DNA of 63,916 nt, filler included, from Octopus bimaculoides (GCF_001194135.2; 6 parts of 6 records of this genome joined end to end with filler, not necessarily neighbours in it); one strand, 5' to 3'. Counted from the first letter of the whole stretch, positions 23,779 through 36,618 are shown. Notes: a model not told the origin generated them from the letters alone. Numbers and translations are program-made.

Positions 23779-24530
23779 GCAGGCGTGGCTGTGTGGTAAG
23801 AAGTTTACTTCCCAGCCACATGGTTTCGGGTTCAGTCCCATATGTGTAGCACCTTGGGCAAGTATCTTCTAGTGTAACCTCGGGCCGACCTTGTGAGTGG
23901 ATTTGGTTGACGGAAACTGAAAAAAAAGCCGGTGTGTGTATGTGTGTGTGTGTTTGTGCATGTGTTTGTTCTCCACCGTGGAGGTGCAATGGCCCAGTGA
24001 TTAGGGCAGCGGACTCACGGTCATAGGATCGCGGTTTCGATTCCCAGACCGGGCGTTGCGAGTGTTTATTGAGCGAAAACACCTAAAAGCTCCACGAGGC
24101 TCCGGCAGGGGATGGTGGCGACCCCTGCTGTACTCTTTCACCACAACTTTCTCTCACTCTTACTTCCTGTTTCTGTTGTACCTGTAATTCAAAGGGTCAA
24201 CCTTGTCACAATGTGTCACGCTGAATATCCCCGAGAACTACGTTAAGAGTACACGTGTCTGTGGAGTGCTCCGCCACTTGCACGTTAATTTCACGAGCAG
24301 GCTGTTCCGTTAATTGGATCGACTGGAACCCTCGACGTCGTAAGCGACGGAGTGCCAATAACAACGTTCTCCACCACCGGTATTGGTTTGTTGTTTACAT
24401 CCCCGTAACATTAGCGGTTCGCCAAAAAGAAACCAATAGAATTAGTACCCGGCTTTAAAAATATAAATACTGGGGTCGATTCATTCGACTAAAAGTTCTT
24501 CAAGGCAGTGTCCCAGCATGGCTGCAGTCA
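23779..24530 (+). mobile_element. family A SINE split by a nested family C SINE
   Basis: 5' half 23779-23977, 3' half 24366-24530. Confidence 0.8.
23978..24365 (+). mobile_element. tRNA-derived SINE (family C), full length, with 10-bp TSD
   Basis: GTGGAGGTGCAATGGCCCAGTGATTAGG...GGTTTCGATTCCC head; GTTCTCCACC at 23968-23977 and 24366-24375. Confidence 0.88.
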
Positions 24531-25381
24531 AATGTATGTCGCCTGGACGTCTACGACACTGCAAAGTTGGCGCTATAAACATGCTTTTTTATTGCCCTTG
24601 TACAGGGACATTCCAGAAGGATCTAGAATGGTCTATCACATGAAGTCTGGTTGATGATTAGTCTATAATTCGGCTGATCACACAAACAAGGTGTTGCTAC
24701 GCTGTGATTTAAACTTCGCGGTCTGACGACTTGGATTTGAGTCTTGCTACTTGAGTCTTGTATAAATTTTGTATGGTTATTGTTTGTGCATATGCATATT
24801 CCGTGTGAATATATTGTGTGTGGTCAAGGAAGGGGTAGATCTGAAAATATGATGTGTGCACTTTGTATACACTTTGTCTCATTATGTCTTTATCTTCTAA
24901 AAATAGTGGCTAAACTTTTTCATATCCTGTCTAATAATACTGAATAATAAAGGTAACATTGGACAGAAGATAAAACAATCCTGAAAAGATTGGTGACGGT
25001 CATTGTTGGAGTAAGTTGTGGTATGTTGAGTAGAGTTCAACATGGGCTACATGATAACAACAATGATAACAATTATGATACCATTAATATTTACTAAAAC
25101 AACTTGGTTGTTCGACGTGCTGGAAATAGCAGTTAATTTTACCCTCATATCACACTTTAACATCTTACAAGAAGGACTAATTAATATAGCCTCATGTACT
25201 GAGGCGTATAAACATAGTTCTCCTTCATCATTTAAAGCTCAAGATCATCATCATAGCGAATCTACGACGACGAAGACTACCACCGTCATCACCACCACCA
25301 TCACCACCACTACTACTGTTACCGCTGCTGCTGATGTTACTACTACTACTACTACTCCTGTTACCGCTGCTGCTGCTGTTA

Positions 25382-25419
<38 letters not shown>

Positions 25420-25561
25420 ACTGTTGTATATAAATAAAAGTAAATGCCGAGTGAAGAAATGAGGGAGACACAGTACTGAAGGTTAGGAGAAACAGTTCGC
25501 TGGCAGCAGACAACTTTATAAGAAAACGTAAACAAGTATGTTAACCTTGATTTCTTTTGAA

Positions 25562-25592
<31 letters not shown>

Positions 25593-25785
25593 ACAAAATG
25601 TAACACCAAACTCAATATATATAATATGTGTGTATGCGTGTAATTGCATATGTAATACTACTGTTTCAGGTGATTTGCCGAAGTATTGATAGCAAACGCG
25701 CGCGAACGCACACACACACTCTCTCTTAGTCACTCATGCACTGACGCATCTCTTGCGCAATATAAACGTCACGTGTGTATATATA

Positions 25786-25885
25786 NNNNNNNNNNNNNNN
25801 NNNNNNNNNNNNNNNNNNNNNNNNNNNNNTTAATTAATTAANNNNNNNNNNNNNNNNNNNNNNNNNNNNNNNNNNNNNNNNNNNN
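25786..25885. other. artificial 100-nt linker
   Basis: 44 N + TTAATTAATTAA (25830-25841) + 44 N. Confidence 0.95.
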
Positions 25886-26422
25886 TATATATATATATAT
25901 ATATATATGCATATATATATATATGCATATATACACACACACATAGATACATATATAATATACTGTGTAGATACAAGCGTTGTACGCCACCACCACTCCC
26001 ACCACCACTACCACCACCGCCACCACCAACACCAGCACCACCACCACTACCAACACTACTGCCATAGAAACGCACCGCAGTCGAGTATGCTTCTATTCAC
26101 TTCTGAAGATGTAAACCAATATAGAGGTGAATAGCAGAAACCTCATTACGCTCTAAGTAACCTGATATCTGTGGGAGAGTTCGGCTTTCAATATTTGTTT
26201 TCTTTTTTAAACAGGAAACGACCAGACTAAGAAATATAATTACCTCTAACGGAAATACAATTATCGCTAAGGAAAATGTAAAGCGTTAATGCCGAAGCAA
26301 TGTGTATGGATGCACGCGTATATTTATATGCACATGCTCATGCATATACGAGGAGATAAGCGGAATCCAATTCGTAGACACAGACATAGATTTTGTCATA
26401 TTTACACCTATATATATGTATG

Positions 26423-26532
<110 letters not shown>

Positions 26533-26536
26533 TATG

Positions 26537-26758
26537 CAGCCGACTATCGCGGGTGTTACGTTCCAAAATCCCCCGCGATAAGTGGAAATCCGCGAAGTAG
26601 AAACAATACTGTACTGTATATTTATTTTTGATTATTTTCCTAAGTTGTATATATTTATTTTACTATAAATGCAAAACAACTTTACGGAGGAATCGACGTA
26701 ACCTTAAATAATAAACCGCGTGACTGCGTGTAGTATGTGTGTGTGTGTGTGTGCGTGT

Positions 26759-26799
<41 letters not shown>

Positions 26800-27113
26800 C
26801 GTGTGCGTGCGTTAGCACTACATATTTTTGGCTAACACTGTAGAGAATGAAAAAATTATAAAGATCTTGTCGGTATATACAATATCTATATTTAGCTCCC
26901 TGTCTAAATCTATGTGTGTGCATGCGTATATCAACAATAACAACAACAACAACAATAACAACAACAACATCAACAGCATTGCTTTCAAATTGTTGCACAA
27001 GGCCAGCAAGGTCGGAGTGGGGTTAAATCCACCTCGGCGGAATTTGAACGGCCGAAATGTCGCTAAGTATTTTACCCGGCACGCTAACAATTCTACCAGC
27101 TCTCTGCCTTAGC

Positions 27114-27156
<43 letters not shown>

Positions 27157-27347
27157 GCAACCATGTGGTTTTCAATCAAGCTACTTACCACATAGCCATT
27201 CCTACACTTATATTGTCTAAATGCAAAACAACGCCACGGAGGAATCGACGTAGGCTTAAATGATAAAGCGCAATAGGTGAACCGCGATAAGTGAACCGCG
27301 ATAAGTGAACCGCGATAGGTGAACCGTGATATGGCAAAGGATTACTG
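26537..27347. mobile_element. Tigger-derived non-autonomous element with nested microsatellites and a SINE fragment
   Basis: left CAG...GACTATCGCGGGTGTTACGTTCC...CCGCGATAAG; right (GTGAACCGCGATAA)x4 then ...GGATTACTG; family B fragment at 26985-27112 (minus). Confidence 0.65.
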
Positions 27348-28080
27348 TGCAGCACTACATCAGAACATTTGAAGGGATATCACTCTTGGTCTCCTGATAT
27401 TTTTCAGGGGACGTAACTCTATATTACATAAATGAATTTTCGTTTCTTTGTTTTTTTTTTTTCTTGCCTAATTAAAAAACGCACTTCACGTTCGTTCTTC
27501 AATCGTTTATTACCGTTCTTCGATCGTTTATTACCGTTCTTATTTTGATCGATGCCCACTGTTCGGAAATCTGCGGTTACGCATCTGTGACCGCTCCAGC
27601 GACACTTTTCACCCTCGTGTTCTGCTTCGCTTAATCAGTTCTGTTTTTCTATTATGTGTATCCTTATCTGCGCATACGTTTGCGTTTCTATCTGTGTGTG
27701 CGTGTGTGTGTGCCTGTGTATGTGTGTTCGTGCATGTGTGTGTGTGTGTGTGCATGTGTGTGTGTGTGTGTGTGTGTGTGTGGCTCGAAGTTATTAAACA
27801 TCTGAAATACGTAACAGAGATTAGTTAGGAATATAAAACAGGAAAATTGAGTTCAAAAACAGGAATTTGTGAACACGGGTGAAAAAAAAATGCACCTATA
27901 ATACATAACTTAGAAGCAGCGCTACGGATATGCCAACACACACGAGCTCGAAACACGGCCTCTCTCACGCTCTTCTCACGAGGAATTCCGGAAGGGGCTT
28001 CGTGAGACCACTGCAGAAACGCTGCCGAAAAAAACTAAAACAACTTCTGCAACCTTTGGAAAACCGATTAATTCCTGGCA

Positions 28081-28120
28081 ATATCTGAAGAAGGAATTTC
28101 TATAATCCGAAATATTATAT
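28081..28120 (+). ncRNA. minimal type I hammerhead ribozyme-like motif with intact core
   Basis: ATAT-CTGAAGA-A-GGA(ATTTCTATAA)TCC-GAA-ATAT-T-ATAT: all core bases present, palindromic ATAT stem III, AUU site. Confidence 0.55.
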
Positions 28121-28599
28121 CAGACTATGAATAATTAAATTATAAGACTTATTATAGTGAAACCTGCATTGTTGTGCCATTCAAGACGGGTTATATTTAA
28201 GAAACGAATGAGATTACAGAAAAGGCAGATAAATCGATTTACAAGTTATTTCCCTTGCAAATTTCTTGACTTTCTGAGGGAAATAACACAGGAGAAGTTT
28301 TTTTTACCAACGCGGTTATTTGACAAGCTAGAAAAACGTCCTCGAAATCAAGACTGGAAATGGACAGAGGTTGAATGACCTTTGCACGCTGACCTAGCGG
28401 ATGAGTTCTGAGAAGGACTGTGTACAAGAATAACAACAACAGCAATAAATATGAATAGGAAGACAATTGAGATGAGAATAACAACAACGTGACGGCGAAA
28501 AATACCGTTTGTACGCACTCATGATTACGTCATTGTGTCACGTGATTTTTCTCTGCGATAACAAGATGTCTGCCTCACTGAAAACCTGACTCCAGTATC

Positions 28600-28631
28600 A
28601 AACAACTGAGCAGACATCACCGTCATCATCG

Positions 28632-28675
<44 letters not shown>

Positions 28676-28920
28676 GCCTCCACCACCACTACCACCACCA
28701 TTACAATCATCGTCATCATCGTCGTCGCCCTCCTCCTCCTCCTCCTCCTCATCATCATCATCAACAACGTTACCACGGTCATCATCACCATCATCATCAT
28801 CAACAATAGCATCACCACGATCATCATCATCATCATCATCATCATCAACCACAACAACAGCAGCAGCAGCAGCAACAACAATAACAATAACAACAACAAC
28901 AACAACAATAACAGCAATTA
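28600..28920. repeat. compound (CAT)/(CAC)/(CCT)/(CAG)/(AAC) microsatellite
   Basis: direct reading. Confidence 0.95.
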
Positions 28921-29259
28921 GTTATCATAAAATATTTTCCATTTTTCCTTTTTCTTTTTTTTTCAAGTTTATTTATTCTTTTTTTTTGTTTACAACAAAA
29001 CAAACAAAAAATTAGCAACACTTTTGATCCTTGAAATATTTATTTTATTTCCTTTCGCATCAAATGTGCCTCAAAACGGCAAAAAAAAAAAAAAAAAAAT
29101 AGTGAAAGTATAAAGGAATAAAAAGTATAAAATGACATTGTTTTTTTTTATTTTTTGAAAAAGACTTTGTTTTGTTTATTTGTACAGCTGTTGTCTCTTT
29201 TTGTTTGTTTCTTTATACATTTGTTTATATTCATATTTTATCGATAAAAAAACTAATAA

Positions 29260-29416
29260 AAGAAATACACACACATACACACAAACACATGTGTATGTGT
29301 GTATTTATATATAGATAGATACATACATACGTGCATATATATATATATATATATACACACACATATATATACATACACACACACACATATATATATACAT
29401 ATATATATATATATGC

Positions 29417-29447
<31 letters not shown>

Positions 29448-29457
29448 TATGTATATA

Positions 29458-29543
<86 letters not shown>

Positions 29544-29747
29544 CATATACATACATATATACATATACATACGTACATATATACATATACATACATACAT
29601 ACATACATATATATATATATATATGTGTATATATATAATACAAATCTATATGTAAATATACATGATATAATAAATACACAAACACTCACACATTCATCCG
29701 CACACACATACATTAACATTCATATATATATACATATGCATGCATCT

Positions 29748-29840
<93 letters not shown>
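29260..29840. repeat. long (TA)n/(CATA)n/(CT)n microsatellite block
   Basis: direct reading. Confidence 0.95.
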
Positions 29841-30846
29841 TTTGTGCGTTTGCATATGCCTGTCTGTGTTACTGTTAGACAGGAAACCAGGTACGTATTA
29901 TCCGAGGAATGCTCAGCAAATTCGTAAAGGTTCACCAGGAGTTTCACCTTAATGTTTTTCTTCACACCTAAAGCATATAATAAATATATCTACATTGTAA
30001 TAATTTCCTACTACATGGAGGTCTTTTAAAATTCTCAGATCATTCTAGTTCCTTCTGATCCATACTATGTTGTGAATAACATATATATTGCTTAATTAAG
30101 GACAAATCGTTTATAGAACAGATATGCAAATAAAGTTAGTCACTTCAATAATGTCTTCAGGTATTATTGCTTTATGTGGTAGTTAAATTGTTTTATTCTC
30201 TTGTAAGAAGAGGTGAACGAACTCCGAAATATGCCAGGAGCATATTTTCGCATTTGTTTTGCATATTACGCAATTAAGTAATATATTTACATTCTTAGGA
30301 TTTCGTATCACAGCTAAGGCTTTCTAACATACAACGACTCGCACTTTTACACATCACGTATATGCAAATTATATAATTATATATATATTTCTTGAAGTCA
30401 GCCATTTTCTTGTTTGTACACATCTTCGTATTAAGAAGAAATGGTTGTTGATGGTATAAGTTGCCAGCGCTGCAATTTCATGTGATTCTTGACGTCAGCT
30501 ATCCTTTACTAGCTATCATTTATTAGCTATCAGCATAGTGTTTGATGAAGTTCCTTGAAAGGAATTTGATCATACGTCTGAAAATCGCAGGTAGCATACT
30601 TGCTTTGCTTAACATTGCCACACTGTGACTGAATGGTATCCAGCTTATGTCTTCGACAGAAGTCGCTGTATTACGCAAGCTCAGTGCGACTTGTTTTTTT
30701 TCTTTCATCGATACATGGTGATTTTACTTTCTCTTTTGAATACCATCTGAAAATCAGATATTCTCATTTTAAAAAATCATCTCAGGCTAATCGTTGAGAG
30801 GACATTGATGTTGCCTTGGTAAAAGGCTTACGCTCTCTGTATGCTC

Positions 30847-30901
<55 letters not shown>

Positions 30902-30937
30902 CATTATTATTATTGTTGTTGTTGTTGTTGTTGTTGT

Positions 30938-32364
30938 AAGGCGGTGAGCTGGCAGAAACGTTAGCACACCGGGCGAAATGATTAACGGTATTTCGTCTGT
31001 CTTTATGTTCTGAGTTCAAATTCCGCCGGGGTCGACTTTGCTTTTCATCCTTTCAGAGTCGATAAATTAAGTACCAGTTGCGTACTGGGGTCGATCTAAT
31101 CGACTGGCCACCTCCCCTAAAATTTCAGGCCTTGTGCGTAGAGTAGAAATGATTGTTATTATTATTGTAGAATCTTTAGAGATTCAGAAAAAATATCTAG
31201 TATTTGTTCCGGCTCTTAACTTTCCGTGTTCGAATCCCGACAAAGTCAGCGTTACATTTCATCCTTTCGGGATTAAAAACATAAAGTACCAGTTTTGTAC
31301 TGCGATCGATTTAATCTACCAAATTTCAGACATTGCGCCTAAATTACATTCTGAGTTCAAATCCCGCCAGCGCCAGCATTGCCCTTCATAAAATTCATAA
31401 TAATAAAATTAAGTATCAGTCGATTTAATAGACTAATCTTTGAAGCGTTAGCACGCCGAGCGAAATGCTTAGCAGTATATCGTCTGCCGTTACGTTCTGA
31501 GTTCAAATTCCGCCGAGGTCGACTTTGCCTTTCATCCTTTCGGAGTCGATTAGATAAGTACCAGTTAATCACTGGGGTCGACGTAATCGACTTAATCCCC
31601 TTGTCTGTCCCTGTTTGTCCCCTCTATGCTTAGCCCTCTGTGGTCAATAAAGAAATAAAATATTAGAGGTCGACTTTGCCCTTCATCCTTTCCTGGGTCG
31701 ATAAACAAAGTACCAGTTTGAGCACTAGGGTCGATGTGAGACGACTTAGCCACTCCTTCGAAATTGCTGGCCTTGTGCCAAAATTCGAAACCGAAATTAT
31801 GCTTTTTGTTGTTGTTGTTGTTGTTTTGTTGTTGAAGTGCCGTGTCGCCTCTGGCAGAATCGTTAGCTTGCCGAACAAAATGCTTAGCGTCTTTTTCTAC
31901 GCTCTGAGTTCAAATTCTTCCCGAAAACGACGCTGTCTTTTATTCTTTCGCGGTCGATGAAAAAAGTACCAGTTAGACACTGGGGTTGATGTAATCAACG
32001 TAGCGTCTTCCCCGAAAGTGCTGGCCTTGTGCCAAAATTTGAAACCGAAATCATAGCTGTTGTTGTTGTTTTTGATGTAGTTGTTACAGCTGCTGTTATT
32101 GTTGTTGTTGTTGTTACAGCTGCTGCTGCTGCTGTTCTTGTTGTTGCTGCTGTTGTGAATCTGCCGTGTCGTCGTTGGCACAATCGTTAGCATGTCGACC
32201 AAAAATGCTTAGCGTCTGCCTCGACGCTCTGAGTTCAAATTCCGCCGAGGTTAACTTCGCATTTCACCCTTTCGGGGGTCGATAAAATAAGTACCAGTTA
32301 GACACCGGGGGGTTGATGTAATCGACTAGCCCCCCCACCTTCCTCAACCAAAATTTCAGAAAGG

Positions 32365-32438
<74 letters not shown>

Positions 32439-33044
32439 AGCGATAAAGTTCGCTTAAACAGCAGTGTTCCAGCATGGCCAGTTTTGTTGCTGAAAACTGT
32501 AAAAGAATTCAATTCCTATGAAGTGTCTCTGAATAGATGCGTTTCCAACATGTGCATTCTGGGTTCGGATCTCACCATGGGACAGTTTTAACTTTTATCT
32601 CTTCGCTGGTCGTTCTGTAGTGTACCAGTAATGGACGGGGACTCGGCGGGGTACGGTAAGGGGTTAGGTTCGTAGTTTACCTTCTCTTTGATATGGGATT
32701 TATTTTGTTTGGTAGAAGATTACTTACCACAGCGCTCATCTTTCTTTCTCTCTCTCTCTCTCTTTGTTTTTTGTTTTTCGTTTCCTTCTTTGTTTGTTTC
32801 CTTATTTTCGTGATATAAAAATTATTTCACTTTCTTCAATATGGCCGCCTTTGTCGTTCGTATTATCATAGATTATCCACTTTATGATCATCACCATCAT
32901 CACCATCATCGTCATCGTCGTCGTCGTCATCATCATCGCCGTCGTCATCGTAGACGCCATCTTAGACGTCGCCATTATTATCATCATAATCATTATCATC
33001 GTCGTCATCATCACTATCGTCGTCGTCATCGTCGTCGTCGTCAT

Positions 33045-33075
<31 letters not shown>

Positions 33076-33690
33076 AGCAGTAGAAGCAACAACAATAACA
33101 TGATGATGATCATGATCATGATGATCATCATCATCATAATCCAGCTGGTAGAATCGTTAGCGCGTCGAACAAAATGCTTTTGCAACATATCCTCAGCCGA
33201 GATCAATTTATATTTGTCTCTTTGTTATTATTACCATTAAACCGCAAGCTGGCTGAATCGTTAGCTCGCCGGGTAAAAATGCTTCGTGGTATTTCATCTG
33301 TCTTTATGTTCTGAGTTCAAATTCCGCGGAGGGCGTCTTTGCTTTTCATCCTTTCGAGGTCGATAAATTAAGTACCAATTGCATACTGAGGTCGGTGTGA
33401 TCGACCATTTCCTTCCTTTCAAATTCCACGCCTTGTACCTTTAGTAGAAAGGATTTTTTAAAATTAATATTGAGGTGGTGCCCTGGCAGAATCGTTGGCG
33501 CGCCAGGCAAATAACTTTGTGATATTTCATCCGTTTTTACTTTCAAATTAGTTCAAATTCCGCCGAGGTCGACTTTGCCTTTCATGCTTTCGGGGTCGGT
33601 GAAATAAAACCAGTTGAACACTGGGAACCATGCAACCCACTTACACCTCCCCCAAAATATCTGCCCTTGAGACAAAATTTGAAATTATTA
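30938..33690 (+). mobile_element. head-to-tail cluster of about 9 full or partial family B SINEs separated by trinucleotide tracts
   Basis: heads or central domains at about 30938, 31200, 31435, 31665, 31845, 32170, 33140, 33245 and 33475, all on the plus strand. Confidence 0.8.
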
Positions 33691-33870
33691 TTATTAATGT
33701 TATCATCATCATTATGGTTATTATTATCGCCATAATCATCTTCATTATTATTATTATTATTATTATTACGACAACGACGACGACGACGACGATGATGATG
33801 GTGATGACGATGACGGCGATTGGTTTCGTAATATTCTCATCGTAAATATTTTTGTTCGTCCTGTTGCTCT

Positions 33871-34022
33871 TCAATCCAACTTTCTGACCTCCATTACGGT
33901 CAGAAATGCGGCGAGAATGCTGAGGCCGGAGGCACAGAGAACCTCGATGTAGGACCAAGAGTAATGTTGGCTGCTTGGTAGTTCCAGGACAAACACAATG
34001 CATCCGATTGAGTTTAACGATA
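33871..34022 (-). CDS. probable exon of a claudin/PMP22-like tetraspan membrane protein (end of TM3, loop, TM4)
   Basis: strong acceptor CATTTGTCTCTTTGTTTTTCCTTTGTAG; reads SLNSIGCIVFVLELPSSQHYSWSYIEVLCASGLSILAAFLTVMEVRKLD* with YSWSY before a hydrophobic helix; alternative donor GAG/GTCAGA at 33888. Confidence 0.55.
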
Positions 34023-34063
34023 CTACAAAGGAAAAACAAAGAGACAAATGTACACGCATGCAT

Positions 34064-34163
34064 NNNNNNNNNNNNNNNNNNNNNNNNNNNNNNNNNNNNN
34101 NNNNNNNTTAATTAATTAANNNNNNNNNNNNNNNNNNNNNNNNNNNNNNNNNNNNNNNNNNNN
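34064..34163. other. artificial 100-nt linker
   Basis: 44 N + TTAATTAATTAA (34108-34119) + 44 N. Confidence 0.95.
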
Positions 34164-34775
34164 TATATATATATATATATATATATATGGGTGAGGGAAA
34201 TGATACAGAAAGTTTATTCTTACAACAGTTTCTGGGATATTAGGGCTATGCCTTCATCAGAGATGATATGAGCATGTTAAATAGATGGAAATAGTAGAGT
34301 TCAATATAAGGTGTTATCTTGGGAAGGAGGGATATAAGAAGTATAAAGGCAAATAAGAGAATAAAATTAAAAATAAAAATATATGTAAGATGTTACAGTT
34401 GCAGTTCCATTATCCAAGGAAATGCTGTGTAGAATGAGTAGAAATGTTTCTTGTCAATGGTATGTAGATTCCAATAGGAGTTCATAATTTGATATTACAA
34501 ATGGATAGAGTGGAGACATAAATTCCATGTGCTGTTCATTCAAAAGGGTCTTCAGGTGTGAATGAAATTTTGAGAATGTACAGGTAGTGGTAAGTAGATA
34601 GAGAGAAAAGAATAGGTATGTATGTTAGAAGGAGGAGAAAGGTATTGGTCAAAAGGAATAGGGGAAGAAAGAAAGAAAAGAAGGAAGAGAAAATGAAAAA
34701 AGGAGTGCTAGATGGTGGTCAAGATATTGTGAGGGGGATCGGATAGGAAAGCTATGAAGATAAAAGGAATAGTGG

Positions 34776-34827
<52 letters not shown>

Positions 34828-35091
34828 TGGTCTGGGCTATAAAGCATACCATATTAACATGTTTTTTAAGTATTTAATTTAGGAGAAATATATTTAAAAA
34901 TCTGATTTTGTAAAAATAGACTGTGTTAAATCACAATATTTTACATTCATTTTTGTATTCAGTTAACACCTATTTTATTTATCATGTCAATTTAAAGAGA
35001 TCAATTAACTCTATTGAGGAATTCCTGTAGATATTCACACATATACATACATATAGATTACATACAGATACACAGATATGCATGCAGGCAA

Positions 35092-35149
35092 AGCCATTGA
35101 TTTAATTATGTGGAGATTATATAATCTCCACATAATTAAATCAATGGCT
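35092..35149. repeat. perfect 58-bp palindrome with no spacer
   Basis: AGCCATTGATTTAATTATGTGGAGATTAT/ATAATCTCCACATAATTAAATCAATGGCT. Confidence 0.92.
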
Positions 35150-36143
35150 AACTAGCCCAATTGACTTGCTTCTTCTTATGTTTGTTTCTCCATTCTCCAC
35201 TTGATTATAATTATAAACTGTGGTTTAAACGATAAATTACCTGCCTCTGGATACCTTCTAACAAACACGGTACCCACACAAGTAATCTCCAGGAGTGCCT
35301 TAGGATTTAACTATCCCCTGGTTGCTTAGATACTTCAGACTACCCCTGGAATATTGAAGCAATCCTATCACATATATATATATATATATCATCATCATCA
35401 TCATCATCATCGTTTAACGTCCGCTTTCCATGCTAGCATGGGTTGGACGATTTGACTGAGGACTGGTGCACACACACACATGCATATATATATATATATA
35501 TATATATACCAAAGTGAGCACATAAATGTGAAACAAGGTGGGAAAAAATAGTACTCGAATACTGGAGGTAGAGTAATATGCTTCATTATTATTAAAGCTG
35601 AAAAAAGATTTTTAAAAATCACAANNNNNNNNNNNNNNNNNNNNNNNNNNNNNNNNNNNNNNNNNNNNNNNNNNNNNNNNNNNNNNNNNNNNNNNNNNNN
35701 NNNNNNNNNNNNNNNNNNNNNNNNNNNNNNNNNNNNNNNNNNNNNNNNNNNNNNNNNNNNNNNNNNNNNNNNNNNNNNNNNNNNNNNNNNNNNNNNNNNN
35801 NNNNNNNNNNNNNNNNNNNNNNNNNNNNNNNNNNNNNNNNNNNNNNNNNNNNNNNNNNNNNNNNNNNNNNNGATATATATATAGATATATATAGATATAT
35901 ATATAGATATATATAGTCAGTTGAGGATATAGTGTCCTTTTTAGGGATAATAAAATCCAGAGATCAACTGGTGTTATCAATGATATATTGGGAGAATTCT
36001 CTCAATATATAAGAATAAACAGTCTAATATACAATTATTACTATAAGAAAAAGGAAAAAAAATATCGTGGATACTTATTTTATTAGTATCACAATATGAA
36101 CACAGCAAATAGTTTAATACAAATAAAATGTAAATGAACATAT

Positions 36144-36460
36144 ATTAACGTGAAATAAAATACAATATGTATAAGAAGTTCCTACACATGTTTCAATCTG
36201 GTCACTATGTAAACAGTGCTTCAGAATATTTGTGCCATGTTAATAGTTTTAGATGTAAAAAATAACATCAAGTGTCCAGATATCTTCAGGGCTATCTTAT
36301 TCAAAAAGCTAATGCTTATATATTTTACATATTAGTTGTTAATTTTTACATCTAAAACTATTAACATGGCTTGAATATTCCGAAGGACTGTTTACATAGT
36401 GACCAGATTGAAACATGTGTAGGCACTTCTTATACATATTGTATTTTATTTCATGTTAAT
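36144..36460. mobile_element. long inverted repeat (123-bp arms, 71-bp spacer); foldback/MITE or inverted PLE terminal repeats
   Basis: 36144-36266 versus 36338-36460, about 93 percent reverse-complement identity. Confidence 0.75.
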
Positions 36461-36512
36461 GTAATAGAGAGGCAGAAACAGGTGTCTTGCTATAGAGAAG
36501 ATACGTGGTTAC

Positions 36513-36562
<50 letters not shown>

Positions 36563-36576
36563 NNNNNNNNNNGAGA

Positions 36577-36618
<42 letters not shown>

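Noticed and set aside
24606-24655. Possible short terminal exon DIPEGSRMVYHMKSG*
   Set aside because: Good acceptor, but too short and unsupported by any upstream exon or homology.
25042-25437. 131-aa ORF with a Thr/Ala-rich mucin-like tail
   Set aside because: The tail is (ACT)/(GCT) microsatellite and the N-terminal part has no recognisable features.
32565-32725. Protein-like minus-strand stretch KEKVNYEPNPLPYPAESPSITGTLQNDQRRDKS* as a downstream exon of the claudin-like gene
   Set aside because: No usable splice acceptor; the preceding GTAAGT belongs to a SINE-head-like remnant.
34215-34265. Hammerhead-like CTGATGA-A-GGC(ATA)GCC...GAAACTGTT on the minus strand
   Set aside because: There is an 11-nt insertion between stem II and GAAA, and no stem I pairing.
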